Assembly (NCBI GenBank): GCA_964005815.1 | Contig: CAXFSR010000017.1 | Span: 200,247-264,246, forward strand | Length of the DNA: 64,000 nucleotides | Reading direction: 5' to 3' | Source: an uncultured Nitrospinaceae bacterium | GTDB lineage: Bacteria; UBA8248 | Shown here: positions 39,158-50,315 of the stretch, one piece after another | How positions within the stretch are numbered: position 1 is the stretch's first letter | How the letters are laid out: each line of letters begins with the position of its first letter | Made by a program: the position numbers and the translations under genes | The notes under the pieces: model-generated | What the model saw: the letters and a program-made list of their open reading frames with translations, nothing else | The model's database searches: none | What the model was told of the DNA's origin: nothing

Positions 39158-40423
39158 ATGTGGTTTGCACTTGTGGACTGTAACAACTTCTATGCATCTT
39201 GCGAGAGAATATTTACTCCGAATCTAGAGCATAAGCCAATTGTTGTACTATCAAATAATGATGGCTGTATCATTGCTAGATCGCAAGAATCAAAATCAAT
39301 TGGGATTAAAATGGGAATCCCTTTATATAAGGCAAAGGAAATTATAGAAAATTTTAATGTCCATGTATTTTCATCAAATTATACTCTCTATGGTGATATC
39401 TCTCAGAGGATAATGAACAGTCTTTTTAAATTTACTCCGCATGTAGAAGTTTATTCAATTGACGAGGCATTCTTAGATATATCAAAAGAGGATAAAAATC
39501 TGCTCAAATATGGAACTGAAATAAGAACGAAAATTAAACAATGGATTGGGATCCCAGTTTCAGTAGGTATAGGGAAAACAAAAACTCTTGCAAAATTAGC
39601 AAACGAATTTGTCAAAAAGGGGATATCTTCAAACGGAGTGTACGTCATACATAACTTAGATAATGAGAAAGTACCCTTAGAAAAAATAGAATTAGAAGAT
39701 ATATGGGGGATCGGAAAAAGGGTAGGTCGAAAAATTAGAAGCATGAACATAAAAACTATTTCAGAACTAATGAGTTTAAATCAAGAAAAAATAAGCAGAA
39801 AATTTAACATCAATATTCAAAGAACTATATTCGAATTACACGGAATCCAATGCATAAATCTTGAAAACGTTCCCAAGAAAAAGAAAAGTATCTGTGTATC
39901 AAGATCCTTTAAGAAACAAATTTCATGTATAAAGAAAATAGAAGAAGCACTAACAAATTACATAACAACTGCGGCAGAAAAATTAAGAAAGAACCGTTTA
40001 TTAGCTACAACAATGATAGTTTTCCTACACACAAATCCCTTTAGAAGATCAGTTACTCAACACCACGAAAGTATAACTTATCATTTTTCTAATCCATCAA
40101 ATGATACGAGATTCTTTATTCGAACATCTTTTTCAATACTCAAAAAGATGTTCAAAGACAAAATCCTATATCACAAGGCAGGTATAATATTACAAGATTT
40201 AATTCCGGAGGATGAATATCAACAAGAATTATTTCCTGAAGAAGAACGAGATAAGTCAACAAAATTAATGAGCGCAATTGACGAATTAAATCATAAGATG
40301 GGAAGAGGAACACTAATATATGCAAGCGAAGGCATAAAAAAAAATTGGGTAAGTAAATCGTTCAAGAAATCTAATGCTTATACAACCCAATGGGATCAGA
40401 TTCCGATTGTAAAAGCTTATTAG
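39158..40423 (+). CDS. umuC: Y-family DNA polymerase V subunit UmuC
   Basis: ALVDCNNFYASCER, VLSNNDGC, SSNYTLYGD, YSIDEAF and C-terminal YTTQW; likely ATG 39158 (ORF from 39119). Confidence 0.95.
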   Translation: MWFALVDCNNFYASCERIFTPNLEHKPIVVLSNNDGCIIARSQESKSIGIKMGIPLYKAKEIIENFNVHVFSSNYTLYGDISQRIMNSLFKFTPHVEVYSIDEAFLDISKEDKNLLKYGTEIRTKIKQWIGIPVSVGIGKTKTLAKLANEFVKKGISSNGVYVIHNLDNEKVPLEKIELEDIWGIGKRVGRKIRSMNIKTISELMSLNQEKISRKFNINIQRTIFELHGIQCINLENVPKKKKSICVSRSFKKQISCIKKIEEALTNYITTAAEKLRKNRLLATTMIVFLHTNPFRRSVTQHHESITYHFSNPSNDTRFFIRTSFSILKKMFKDKILYHKAGIILQDLIPEDEYQQELFPEEERDKSTKLMSAIDELNHKMGRGTLIYASEGIKKNWVSKSFKKSNAYTTQWDQIPIVKAY

Positions 40424-40439
40424 AAAACTGTTTTACTTT

Positions 40440-40916
40440 TTAACTTAAAAATTCAAGAAGCATCTTTAATGCGGCCTGAACTGTTTTACTTTTAACCTCA
40501 GAACGATTACCTGTAAATTCATGAAGACAACAAGAAGTAGATGAGGACGAGCAAACGGCCATAAAAACTGTTCCTATAGGTTTATCAATAGACCCGCCTG
40601 TAGGACCAGCGATACCAGTAACTGACAATGCAACTTCAACTCCGGAAGTAGAAAGAGCTCCTTCTGCCATCAGTCGAGCGCAGGATTCACTCACCGCACC
40701 ATGCTCCCTTAAAACTTCTTCTGGAACTCCTAACATTTCTACTTTTGCTTCATTACTATAAGTGACATAACTTCTATCAAAATATGCAGAGCTTCCTGGA
40801 ACATCTGTAATCGTACTAGCTATCAAACCCGCTGTACAACTTTCCGCTGTAACGAGCCTCCACCCACGAGAAATCAAAATAGAAGCTACTTTGACTTCAA
40901 ATCTTTCTGTCATCAC
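40440..40916 (-). CDS. cinA: CinA C-terminal domain / NMN deamidase (PncC-like)
   Basis: AESCTAG, PGSSAYF, GAVS and TGIAGPTGG motifs. Confidence 0.9.
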   Translation of the reverse strand: MMTERFEVKVASILISRGWRLVTAESCTAGLIASTITDVPGSSAYFDRSYVTYSNEAKVEMLGVPEEVLREHGAVSESCARLMAEGALSTSGVEVALSVTGIAGPTGGSIDKPIGTVFMAVCSSSSTSCCLHEFTGNRSEVKSKTVQAALKMLLEFLS

Positions 40917-40933
40917 ATTCTCCTACCAAAGGA

Positions 40934-41422
40934 CTAAAATAAAATTAAAGACCTCAAAAAAAACAGCGCAAAAAAACCAATCAAACCTGCAAACAAGTCA
41001 TCTAAAAAAATACCCCATCCCCGAGGAAAAGTCTCAAGATATTTTATAGGAGGAGGTTTTAAAATATCTAAAAACCTAAAAATCAAAAAACCAAAAACTA
41101 AACTTTGAATAGTTATACCAGAACCTAACAAACATAAAATCTGCCCACAAAACTCATCTATCACAATCTCTTGAGGATCTGATACTCCTCTCTTGTTTTC
41201 ATAAATACCAGAGAAATAAATTCCGAAAGGAATTGCTATCAATAAAATAAATACAGACCCATACTGAATGTATTGCTCTATTACGACATAACATAAAATG
41301 CCAGCTAGAGAACCAATCGTCCCTGGGGAAAAAGGAATAAAACCAATACCAAAAACCGTACAAAAAACAGTTTGAGAAAATCCTATTCTAGAATCAAGAG
41401 AAAAGCGATTTTTGGCTTTCAT
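40934..41422 (-). CDS. pgpA: Phosphatidylglycerophosphatase A
   Basis: PGTIGS, DPQEIVIDE, FRFLDILKP and DDLFAG motifs. Confidence 0.93.
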   Translation of the reverse strand: MKAKNRFSLDSRIGFSQTVFCTVFGIGFIPFSPGTIGSLAGILCYVVIEQYIQYGSVFILLIAIPFGIYFSGIYENKRGVSDPQEIVIDEFCGQILCLLGSGITIQSLVFGFLIFRFLDILKPPPIKYLETFPRGWGIFLDDLFAGLIGFFALFFLRSLILF

Positions 41423-41439
41423 AAACTTTATCCATAGAT

Positions 41440-42603
41440 TTAAAAATTCTTTTTCTTTATAAATTTATCTGCCAATTCACTTGCCCAACGATCGGCCTGC
41501 AACACATCATCAATATCGTGAACGTCTAATACTTCATGTTTATCTAAAACACGAATAATAACATTGGAAATATCTAAAAAATTAATTTCTCCTCTGATAA
41601 AAGCGTCAACTGCAACCTGATTCGAAGCATTTAGAACTGCAGGTGCAGTTCCGCCGACTTTCATTGCCTCTTTAGCATACTTAAGACAAGGAAAGAGATC
41701 TTCTTTAGGATTCTCAAAGGTTAATTTTCCTAAATCAGCAAGATTAAGTGATTTAATATTATTTCTAACTCTTTCTGATGGACTTATTGCTTGTGCAATT
41801 GAAAAACGCATGTCTGGTACGCTCATCTGTGCGATAACACTACCATCTACAAATTCAACTAAAGCATGCACAATACTTTGAGGATGAATAATCACATCTA
41901 TGAAAGAAGGTTCTAAGCCGAAGAGCCACCTAGCTTCTATGAGTTCGAAACCTTTATTCATTAAAGTAGCAGAATCGACACTGATTTTTGCCCCCATATC
42001 CCAGTTAGGGTGAGAAAGAGCTTGTTTAAGTGTTACATTCTCAAGGGAAATTTTATCGAATTCTCTAAATGGCCCACCAGACGCAGTTAAAATGATTTTT
42101 TGAACTTCCCTGATTTCATGCCCAGCAAGAATTTGTGCAATACCTGCATGCTCACTATCTACAGGCAATAAAGGAACATCGAGTGATTCAGAAAGAGTCA
42201 TAACCAAATCCCCGGCCATCACAAGTACTTCCTTATTCGCTATTGCAATCGCTGTCCCCGACTTAATCGCATCAATCGTTGGAATAAGACCAATTGATCC
42301 GACAAGCGCAGACAGAACAACATCTACGTCCGGATTTTTTGCAATCTCACGAAGACCTTCATCTCCACACAAAATTCTGACATTTGAGGGAACAACAGAT
42401 TTTAAATGAGGAACATCCTTTCGATCAGAAATTGAAATAAAAGATGGGGAAAATTCAATAGCTTGTTTTGCTAACTCTTTCCAGTTTTTTCCGGCTGCAA
42501 GTGCTATAATTTGAAACTTATCTTTATTTTCTCGAATAACACGAATCGCATTCTTCCCTATACTTCCAGTAGAACCAAGTATAGAAATTCTTTTACGACT
42601 CAT
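41440..42603 (-). CDS. dxr: 1-deoxy-D-xylulose-5-phosphate reductoisomerase
   Basis: LGSTGSIG, ANKE, PVDSEH, HPNWDMGAKISVDSA and NKGFELIEA motifs. Confidence 0.97.
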   Translation of the reverse strand: MSRKRISILGSTGSIGKNAIRVIRENKDKFQIIALAAGKNWKELAKQAIEFSPSFISISDRKDVPHLKSVVPSNVRILCGDEGLREIAKNPDVDVVLSALVGSIGLIPTIDAIKSGTAIAIANKEVLVMAGDLVMTLSESLDVPLLPVDSEHAGIAQILAGHEIREVQKIILTASGGPFREFDKISLENVTLKQALSHPNWDMGAKISVDSATLMNKGFELIEARWLFGLEPSFIDVIIHPQSIVHALVEFVDGSVIAQMSVPDMRFSIAQAISPSERVRNNIKSLNLADLGKLTFENPKEDLFPCLKYAKEAMKVGGTAPAVLNASNQVAVDAFIRGEINFLDISNVIIRVLDKHEVLDVHDIDDVLQADRWASELADKFIKKKNF

Positions 42604-42627
42604 AATATTTTCCTTATAAATTATTAA

Positions 42628-43413
42628 TCATAATATTTTCAAGAAAATGTAAAGAATTGGAACAGCGAAAAGAAAGCTATCGAGCCTATCAAAAAAACCA
42701 CCGTGTCCTGGAATAAGATTAGAGGAATCTTTCACTTTAACATTTCTCTTAAATGCAGATTCACACAAATCTCCAAACTGTCCAAAGATAGAAAGAATAA
42801 GAGAAATAAAAAAAATATAAGTTAAATCAAATCTATATAAAGGTAAAAATTTAAAAAGTAAAATTCCTGATATGACTCCCCCTATTAATCCTGCTATTGA
42901 ACCTTCAACAGTCTTATTCGGACTAATACTAGGCAACAGTTTAGTCTTCCCAATATTTTTTCCAACCAAATATGCGAAAATATCATTGCTCCAAGTAATA
43001 ATTAAAAGAGAAATAATTAACAATCTTCCAAATTCCATTTTTTCAATAAAAATAATTACAATACCTGGCAGAGCTATCCAAACCACACCAAGCAAAACTC
43101 CACCTAATGACAGAAATCCTGAAACTATAGAATCAGAAAAGAATAATTTAAAAAAGGTTTGTAAAGATAAATAAATCAAGAGTAGATACCAGGAGTAACT
43201 AGTATAACAAAAGAAAAAGATAAGCAGGGTTACATCTAAGGTTATATCCCATGAAAAAATATTAGGAAATATTTTTTTAGAGAGTTTATTGTATTCATAA
43301 GATATTATTGAACACATAAAGAACACAAACAGAGCAAAAAACCAACTGGGAGAAAGAAGAACAATAGGAATAGTAAAAGAAATTAAGAGAAGAGCACTTA
43401 CAGTACGCACCAA
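42628..43413 (-). CDS. cdsA: Phosphatidate cytidylyltransferase
   Basis: SPNKTVEG and GDLCESAFKR...KDS..LIPGHGG..DRLDS motifs. Confidence 0.95.
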   Translation of the reverse strand: MVRTVSALLLISFTIPIVLLSPSWFFALFVFFMCSIISYEYNKLSKKIFPNIFSWDITLDVTLLIFFFCYTSYSWYLLLIYLSLQTFFKLFFSDSIVSGFLSLGGVLLGVVWIALPGIVIIFIEKMEFGRLLIISLLIITWSNDIFAYLVGKNIGKTKLLPSISPNKTVEGSIAGLIGGVISGILLFKFLPLYRFDLTYIFFISLILSIFGQFGDLCESAFKRNVKVKDSSNLIPGHGGFFDRLDSFLFAVPILYIFLKIL

Positions 43414-43417
43414 AACG

Positions 43418-44173
43418 TTAAACCTTCTTTGACAGTAGTTGTTCTTCAGTTAGACCAAATTTACGAATACGTTTTTGGAAAGCAAGAATAGCTTTTTGAA
43501 ATTCTAAATCACTAAAATCAGGCCAACTCAAATCGGTGAAAAACAGCTCTGCATATGCAACTTGCCAAAGCATATAATTAGACAACCTCAGATCACCCCC
43601 AGTTCTTATAAGAAGATCTAATTCCGGCAGATCAGCTGTATATAAGTGCTCCTGAATGGTAGACTCGTCTATCTCACTAACAGATATCTCACCAACACTA
43701 ACCTTCCTTGCAATTGACTTTGCAGCGTTAGTAATTTCCATCCTTCCGCTATAACTCAGCGCAAGAGTAAGAACCATTTCATTACGATCGGCTGTCTCTT
43801 CAATAGAACGTAAAATGATTTTTTGCACAAAATCAGGCAAATCTTCAATTCGTCCTATACAGTTAAAACGAATACCTTCAGCCAACATACGATTTAATTC
43901 TTTTTCGAGAAATTCTGACAATATATCCATCAAAGAATCGATTTCTCTTCTAGGTCGACTCCAGTTTTCAGAAGAAAAGCTATATAGCGTTAAAGCGGAA
44001 ATTCCGATTTTTCGGGCAAATTCTACTGCAGACTGAACTGCCTTCACTCCCGCCCTATGACCCGAAATCCTTGGCAATGATCTACGTCTAGCCCAACGAC
44101 CATTTCCATCCATGATAATACCAACATGTTTTGGTAAACGTCTTAAATCTATATCTTTAATGTCAGATTCCAT
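43418..44173 (-). CDS. uppS: Undecaprenyl diphosphate synthase
   Basis: HVGIIMDGNGRWA, FSSENWSRP and RTGGD.RLSNY motifs. Confidence 0.96.
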   Translation of the reverse strand: MESDIKDIDLRRLPKHVGIIMDGNGRWARRRSLPRISGHRAGVKAVQSAVEFARKIGISALTLYSFSSENWSRPRREIDSLMDILSEFLEKELNRMLAEGIRFNCIGRIEDLPDFVQKIILRSIEETADRNEMVLTLALSYSGRMEITNAAKSIARKVSVGEISVSEIDESTIQEHLYTADLPELDLLIRTGGDLRLSNYMLWQVAYAELFFTDLSWPDFSDLEFQKAILAFQKRIRKFGLTEEQLLSKKV

Positions 44174-44192
44174 AAAAAATACTCAAAAAGAA

Positions 44193-44747
44193 TTAAATCT
44201 CTAAAATTTCTTTTTCTTTAATCGAAATAATTTCTTCAATCTGAGAGACATAGTCATCTGTTATTTTCTGAATATCATCTTGACCTTTGCGTGAATCGTC
44301 TTCAGTAATTTCTTTTTTCTTCTCTGCATTTTTTAGATTTTCATTTCCATCGCGACGAACATTACGTAATCCAACTTTATGATCTTCTCCTGATTTTTTA
44401 ACAAGTTTCACTATCTCTTTGCGTCTATCCTCGGTTAACGATGGAATAGGAACTCTCACAATTTTCCCATCATTAATTGGATTAAATCCAAAATCAGAAA
44501 GCCTGATGGCCTTTTCTATTTCGCCTATTGAATTAGGATCAAATGGTTGGACAACTATCAGCTGCGGTTCGGGAACGCTTAAATTTGCAATTTGATTCAA
44601 ATCTGTCGGAGTTCCATAATATTCCACTTTTATATGACTCACGAGTGAAGTATTTGCCCGCCCCGTCCTGACACGAGACAATTCTTTTTTCAGAGAATCG
44701 ATAGTTGCTTTCATCCCTTTTTTTACTTCATTAATTATATCGTTCAT
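44193..44747 (-). CDS. frr: Ribosome recycling factor
   Basis: RTGRAN, YYG, P.LTEDRRKE and RNVRRD motifs. Confidence 0.97.
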   Translation of the reverse strand: MNDIINEVKKGMKATIDSLKKELSRVRTGRANTSLVSHIKVEYYGTPTDLNQIANLSVPEPQLIVVQPFDPNSIGEIEKAIRLSDFGFNPINDGKIVRVPIPSLTEDRRKEIVKLVKKSGEDHKVGLRNVRRDGNENLKNAEKKKEITEDDSRKGQDDIQKITDDYVSQIEEIISIKEKEILEI

Positions 44748-44776
44748 AGTTAAGACCTCCCCTGAAAGGCAATGTC

Positions 44777-45502
44777 CTACTTGGATGCGACAACTGTACC
44801 TACGTTCTCTCCATTTACCACTCTACAAATATTACCTTTCTTCAAAAGATTAAAAACAATAATTGGCAAATCATTATCCATGCAAAGACTCACCGCAGTA
44901 GTGTCCATTACTCCAAGTTGTCTATTTAGGACATCTATATATGAGAGTCTAGGAATGAATTCAGCATCTGAATTTATGTTTGGATCAGAAGAAAAGACCC
45001 CATCTACATTCGTAGCCTTTAGGATACAATCTGCTTTAATTTCACTTGCTCTTAAACTTGCAGTTGTATCTGTCGTAAAATAAGGATTGCCAGTTCCACC
45101 CGCAAAAATAACAACTCTATTTTTTTCTAGATGACGAACTGCTCTTCTAAGTATATATGGTTCACAAAGTTCCATCATATGAATCGCACTTTGAACACGT
45201 GTTTCAAGATTAACTTTTTCAAGCGCATGTTGGAGTGCAAGAGCATTTATAACTGTCGCAAGCATACCCATATAATCAGCATTCGTCCGTTCCATCCCGG
45301 ATTCTGCTGCAGCTGCTCCTCTGAAAATATTTCCTCCACCTACAACAATCGCAACTTCAACTCCCATTTCATGAACATCTGAAATTTCCTTTGCTATTTC
45401 ATCAACTAATTGGTGATCAATCGAATATTGACTTTCACCTCCCAGAGCTTCTCCGGAGAGTTTTAACAATACTCGTCTAAAACGCAGGTCTGATGAACTC
45501 AA
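44777..45502 (-). CDS. pyrH: UMP kinase
   Basis: [26 protein letters not shown] and [10 protein letters not shown] motifs. Confidence 0.98.
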   Translation of the reverse strand: MSSSDLRFRRVLLKLSGEALGGESQYSIDHQLVDEIAKEISDVHEMGVEVAIVVGGGNIFRGAAAAESGMERTNADYMGMLATVINALALQHALEKVNLETRVQSAIHMMELCEPYILRRAVRHLEKNRVVIFAGGTGNPYFTTDTTASLRASEIKADCILKATNVDGVFSSDPNINSDAEFIPRLSYIDVLNRQLGVMDTTAVSLCMDNDLPIIVFNLLKKGNICRVVNGENVGTVVASK

Positions 45503-45551
45503 AAGGATACCTCGACAAACTTGAAATGATTAAAAAGCTCAAAAACTTTTT

Positions 45552-46439
45552 CTAAGTATTAGAATTGTCAATTTGAGAGTCACCTAGGATATAACACCTA
45601 AAACTTGACAACGAAATCTTCTCTTTTAAGGCTTCACTCTTATTACTAATAAATGTATCTATATCTATATCAGTATCCTTAACAAAAGGCTGATCAAGAA
45701 GACATATTTCTTTTTTAAATTTTTTAATTCTACCTTCTACTATTTTTTCTAAAATTTCTTGAGGTTTGTCTTCCTCTGCTAATTGTGCAAATAAAATTTC
45801 TTTCTCTGCACTAATAATACTATCAGGAATATCCTCTTGTGATAGATAATTTGGATTTGTTGCAGCAATATGCATACAAAGATCATGAGCTATTTCTTTA
45901 AATTCATCTGAATCTTTTACATCCACTGATTCACAACACAACTCCAAAAGAACTCCAATCTTTGCTCCTGGATGTATATAAGATGCCAAAAGACCTACTT
46001 TCTCATCTCCTAACGATAATTTGTCTGCGCGACCAAACTGTATATTCTCTCCTAGCTTAGCTATAGCCGCTTTAACAACCTCTTCAAGGAAATCATCTGC
46101 CTCAGTAATAGTTATAGAAGAACCCTCTGTTTCAACTACATGTTTTGAAATTGTATCCAAAACAGACTGAAATTCCTCTGTCCTAGCGACAAAATCAGTC
46201 TCACAATTTACTTCAATAATTGCACCTGTTGTACCAGTTGCATTAATGCATGCATATATTTGTCCGTCACTAACTTCCCTACCTGCTTTCTTCGCAGCAT
46301 TCGAAAGACCTTTTTCACGTAGGAACTTTATAGCTTCATCAAGAACACCATCCTTTTCTTTTAATGCTTCCTTACAATCCATAATACCTGCGCCTGTTCT
46401 TGAACGTAACTCCTTAACCATTTGTGCATTAACTTCCAT
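45552..46439 (-). CDS. tsf: Elongation factor Ts
   Basis: VKELR.RTGAGIMDCK and EVNCETDFVA; likely ATG 46439. Confidence 0.97.
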   Translation of the reverse strand: MEVNAQMVKELRSRTGAGIMDCKEALKEKDGVLDEAIKFLREKGLSNAAKKAGREVSDGQIYACINATGTTGAIIEVNCETDFVARTEEFQSVLDTISKHVVETEGSSITITEADDFLEEVVKAAIAKLGENIQFGRADKLSLGDEKVGLLASYIHPGAKIGVLLELCCESVDVKDSDEFKEIAHDLCMHIAATNPNYLSQEDIPDSIISAEKEILFAQLAEEDKPQEILEKIVEGRIKKFKKEICLLDQPFVKDTDIDIDTFISNKSEALKEKISLSSFRCYILGDSQIDNSNT

Positions 46440-46493
46440 TTTTTTGAATTCTCCCACAATCTATTTAAATAGAAATTAAAAGGAATTTAAAAC

Positions 46494-47321
46494 CTAATTA
46501 TCCTTAGGATCATCTTTTTTCTCTTCATCCTCAGCTTCAGGTTTTATATCATCTTTGAAAGATTCTGCAAGGATTTCTGCCGCAACAGTATCTCCTGTTT
46601 TCATTACGGCTTCTATCTCCTCAGTGCCGGCATCTGCTCTAATATTTATTCCCTCTTCAACAGCTTCAGCCGATTTAGAAACAAAAAAACGAATTGACCT
46701 TAAAGCATCATCATTACCAGGAAGCAAATGATCAATACCTCTTGGATCTGCATCTGTATCAACTATACCAATAACAGGAATTCCTAATTTCCTAGCTTCA
46801 CGAACTGCGTTATATTCATATCCTGCATCTACAACAAACATAGCTTGAGGAAATTCTTTCATATCTTTAATTCCACCCAAAAATTTTTCTAATCTCAATC
46901 GTTCTTTTTCTCTCCTTGAACCTTCTTTTTTGGCTAACAAATCAAATGTCCCATCTTCTTTCATTGTTTCCAAATCAACGAGACGAGCAATTGAATTCTT
47001 AACTGTAGAAAAGTTTGTTAAAGTTCCGCCAAGCCAACGTTGCGTAACATAGGGCATACCAATTTTCTTTGCTTCCTCTGCAACTATTTCTTGAGCTTGT
47101 GGTTTAGTACCAACGAAAAGAATCTTGCCACCTTCCGAAGCAATTTGTCTAAGGTAGTCTCTTGCAGTATTAAAAAGACCCAATGTTTTTTGGAGATCAA
47201 TGATATAAATCCCATTTCTAGCACCAAAAATATAAGGTTGCATAAGAGGATTCCAACGCGTAGTCTGATGGCCAAAATGTGCACCGGACTCAAGTAATTC
47301 ACGTAAAGACAATTGATCCAA
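46494..47321 (-). CDS. rpsB: 30S ribosomal protein S2
   Basis: [25 protein letters not shown] and PGNDDA motifs. Confidence 0.98.
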   Translation of the reverse strand: MDQLSLRELLESGAHFGHQTTRWNPLMQPYIFGARNGIYIIDLQKTLGLFNTARDYLRQIASEGGKILFVGTKPQAQEIVAEEAKKIGMPYVTQRWLGGTLTNFSTVKNSIARLVDLETMKEDGTFDLLAKKEGSRREKERLRLEKFLGGIKDMKEFPQAMFVVDAGYEYNAVREARKLGIPVIGIVDTDADPRGIDHLLPGNDDALRSIRFFVSKSAEAVEEGINIRADAGTEEIEAVMKTGDTVAAEILAESFKDDIKPEAEDEEKKDDPKDN

Positions 47322-47329
47322 AAAACTCC

Positions 47330-47400
47330 CTCCTTACTTCAACACCGTGTATAGCGTGAAGCGACATAATGTCTTTTAGCGGAAAAGACATTGTATGTGA
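47330..47400 (-). promoter_or_regulatory. Structured rpsB 5' leader (possible S2 autoregulatory RNA)
   Basis: Stem AATGTCTTTT/AAAAGACATT (47368-47392), extendable by ACAT/ATGT, upstream of SD AAGGAGG. Confidence 0.45.
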
Positions 47401-47506
47401 ACTAGAAAACAGCAAAAAAACCTTTTTTTTAATAATCCGCTTATAAATAGAAAGAAGAATGTCTCACAAGAAGAATCATGATTCAACTCCTTTTAGAAAA
47501 ACTAAA

Positions 47507-48712
47507 TCAAGTACGATAATCTGCATTAATGCGAACATAATCCGAACTTAAATCTGTTGTCCATACAGTAGCTCTTCCCTCACCATCACCTAAATTAATA
47601 TCTATATTATATTCATCTTCTTTCAATACGTCTAAAAGCGCATTTTCCCAACCGCCAACTGGACTTCCACCTTCCATTACACTAACATCACCAATTGCAA
47701 GACCAAAAATTTCAGGATCAAACTTTACTCCGCTATAACCAGCTGCAGCCAAAATCCTCCCCCAATTAGGCAATTCACCATTTATAGCAGTTTTAACTAA
47801 CAAACTTTCAGAAACTGATCTTGCAACTGAATCTGCATCAGAATTGTTATTTGCTCCTGAAACGTTTATAGATACCACTTTACTAACTCCTTCTCCGTCT
47901 CTTAGGATTGAAAGTGATAGTTGTTTGCAAACTTTATGTAAAGCAAAATGAAAGAGTGAGATTGAGTCTTTACTATCTATCTCAATAGAGGAACCTGTAG
48001 ACGCTATTATCACTGAATCGTTTGTTGATGTGTCACCATCAATAGTAATCGCGTTAAAAGTTCGATTTACACAATCTACCAAAATCTGATCCATTATATC
48101 TTTTGAAATGTTTGCGTCTGTAGTCAGAAAAGCAAGCATCGTAGCCATATTAGGAGCAATCATTCCAGCCCCTTTAGCCATTCCGCCAATTCGCACTTTC
48201 CCTTCAGGAAAATCCACCTCTACTGCATATTCCTTCGGACATGTATCAGTAGTCATAATAGCTTCTGAAGCAGGACCACCATTATTACTAGATAGACCTG
48301 AAACTAAATGCTCTAAAGCAGACAACATTTTTGACATTGGTAATTGTACGCCAATAATACCTGTAGAACACATAGCAATATTTTCTGAATTACAGTCTAT
48401 TAAATCGGCTAAAGATGAACATAACAATCGAGCATCTTTCTCTCCTTTTTCTCCTGTACAAGCGTTTGCGTTTCCACTATTAACCAGAATCCCACGCAAC
48501 TTATTCTTTTGCACTACTTCTCGACAAATTACAACTGGAGCCGCACAGACTAAGTTTTTAGTAAAAACTCCAGATGAATTCGTTCCAACTGGAAATTTAA
48601 GGAAAGCCATATCCGGACGTCCTGACTCCTTTATTCCAGCAGTTAAAGACGAGGCTAGCACATCATGAGGAGCACAAACGCCTCCCTGTATTTTCTTTAT
48701 TAAATTATCCAT
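47507..48712 (-). CDS. argJ: Bifunctional ornithine acetyltransferase/N-acetylglutamate synthase
   Basis: NSGNANACTG, IMTTDT, KGAGMIAPNMATML, DTSTND and DGEG; likely ATG 48712. Confidence 0.96.
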   Translation of the reverse strand: MDNLIKKIQGGVCAPHDVLASSLTAGIKESGRPDMAFLKFPVGTNSSGVFTKNLVCAAPVVICREVVQKNKLRGILVNSGNANACTGEKGEKDARLLCSSLADLIDCNSENIAMCSTGIIGVQLPMSKMLSALEHLVSGLSSNNGGPASEAIMTTDTCPKEYAVEVDFPEGKVRIGGMAKGAGMIAPNMATMLAFLTTDANISKDIMDQILVDCVNRTFNAITIDGDTSTNDSVIIASTGSSIEIDSKDSISLFHFALHKVCKQLSLSILRDGEGVSKVVSINVSGANNNSDADSVARSVSESLLVKTAINGELPNWGRILAAAGYSGVKFDPEIFGLAIGDVSVMEGGSPVGGWENALLDVLKEDEYNIDINLGDGEGRATVWTTDLSSDYVRINADYRT

Positions 48713-48714
48713 TA

Positions 48715-49752
48715 TCAAATCCAAAAACCTGCATTGGGCAACCCTTTTGTTTCAGAAATCTTCAACATAACATTCATATTTTGTACCGCTGCCCCCGAAG
48801 CTCCTTTCACCAGATTATCTATTACTGTAACCATTATGTATCTATTAGTTCTTTTATCAAAATTAACTTTTATATCGACAAAATTTGTTCCAATTACTTG
48901 ACTTATATCAAGATTTTCTTGATTTTCAAAAATTCTGACAAAACTTTCTTCAGCATAAAATTCACTAAGTGTTTCATTTATTAATGGGAGTTCTACTTTT
49001 TTTGAAGCTTCAAAATAAATCGTAGAAAAAATCCCTCGCGTAACTGGAATTAAATGTGGAGTGAAGGTTATTTTCACATCATTGCCAAATGCATTAGATA
49101 ATTCTTGCTCTATCTCTGGAGTATGTCTGTGATTTGCAATACTGTAAGCCTTGAATCCTTGTTCAATTTCACTAAATTGGAATTGAAGGCTCTCTTTTCT
49201 TCCAGCACCAGAAACTCCAGATTTTGAATCAATTACTATAGAAGAAGGATTTATTAATCCCTCTTTTGCTAACGGAACAAGACCTAAAATGGCTCCTGTA
49301 GGATAACATCCAGGATTTGCAACCAACTGACTCTCTTGTATCTCTTTCCTATACAATTCTGGCATCCCATAAACTGCTTTTTCTATTAACTGAGGGCTCG
49401 TATGTTCAATTTCATACCATGATTGATAAATCATTTGATCTTTCAATCTATAGTCAGCAGAGAAATCGACAACTCTATTTCCTTGATCAAGTAAAGACGG
49501 AACTATATTCATCGATACCTTGTGAGGGAGACAACAAAAAACCAAATCAAGATCTTTGCAATTTTCCACAATGAATTTGTCAAATTTCAATGAAGAATAC
49601 TTTTCTAGAGAAGGAAAAACTTCACACACATTCTTTCCAGAATACTTCTCAGAAGTAGCTATAACTAGTTCCACCGAGTCATGGATTGACAGCAGACGCA
49701 ATAATTCAAATCCTGTATATCCCGTTGCGCCTACTACCCCTATTTTTTGCAT
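48715..49752 (-). CDS. argC: N-acetyl-gamma-glutamyl-phosphate reductase
   Basis: GATGYTG, ANPGCYPT, SGVSGAGR, HRHTPEI and DNLVKGASG motifs. Confidence 0.97.
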   Translation of the reverse strand: MQKIGVVGATGYTGFELLRLLSIHDSVELVIATSEKYSGKNVCEVFPSLEKYSSLKFDKFIVENCKDLDLVFCCLPHKVSMNIVPSLLDQGNRVVDFSADYRLKDQMIYQSWYEIEHTSPQLIEKAVYGMPELYRKEIQESQLVANPGCYPTGAILGLVPLAKEGLINPSSIVIDSKSGVSGAGRKESLQFQFSEIEQGFKAYSIANHRHTPEIEQELSNAFGNDVKITFTPHLIPVTRGIFSTIYFEASKKVELPLINETLSEFYAEESFVRIFENQENLDISQVIGTNFVDIKVNFDKRTNRYIMVTVIDNLVKGASGAAVQNMNVMLKISETKGLPNAGFWI

Positions 49753-49846
49753 CTAATTACCCTTTTCAAATAAATTAAAACATCTAAAAAGTTTGGACTA
49801 CTGACATTTAGATCATAATTCTATCATGTCAGAAATAAAAACAAAC

Positions 49847-49874
49847 AAAAAAAGGGATGCATGAAATGCACCCC
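49847..49874 (-). terminator. Rho-independent terminator after rpsI
   Basis: Minus strand GGGGTGCAT-TTC-ATGCATCCC followed by T7. Confidence 0.75.
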
Positions 49875-49898
49875 AAAGATCAAGTTTTATTGAAATAT

Positions 49899-50297
49899 TT
49901 AACGCTTAGAAAACTGAAAACTCTTTCGGGCACCTTTTCTACCATATTTTTTACGTTCTTTCACTCTAGAATCTCTTGTAAGAAGACCGGCTTTCTTCAA
50001 AACTGAACGGAAATTTTGATCTACCTCCAGCAAAGCCTTTGAAATCCCATGACGTACAGCACCAGCTTGTCCAGTCAATCCACCACCTTTAACAGTAGCC
50101 CTAACATCATAGGAACCCCAGGTTTCTGTTAATTCAAAAGGTTGCTTAATAACCATAAGAGAAGTATCCCTAAGAAAATATTCATCAAAAGGCTTATCGT
50201 TCACCAAAATTCGTCCGTTTCCGGCTCCTATCCACACTCGAGCTACGGAAGACTTTCTTTTTCCAGTCGCATAAAATGATTCTGATGCATTATTCAT
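49899..50297 (-). CDS. rpsI: 30S ribosomal protein S9
   Basis: [21 protein letters not shown] and the terminal QFSKR. Confidence 0.98.
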   Translation of the reverse strand: MNNASESFYATGKRKSSVARVWIGAGNGRILVNDKPFDEYFLRDTSLMVIKQPFELTETWGSYDVRATVKGGGLTGQAGAVRHGISKALLEVDQNFRSVLKKAGLLTRDSRVKERKKYGRKGARKSFQFSKR

Positions 50298-50315
50298 TTA
50301 TAATCCTCAAAACAC

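Noticed and set aside
48108..48668. 186-aa plus-strand ORF
   Set aside because: Antisense shadow of argJ with no recognisable motif; the same applies to the other short ORFs nested inside known genes.
3553..48717. Other TGA-terminated genes (HU/IHF, yqgF, rnhB, SPOUT, PASTA, rsmB, cdsA, argJ, argC) as read-through candidates
   Set aside because: The proteins look complete at the TGA, several stops overlap or abut the next start, and none has a Cys-like context or an obvious downstream hairpin.
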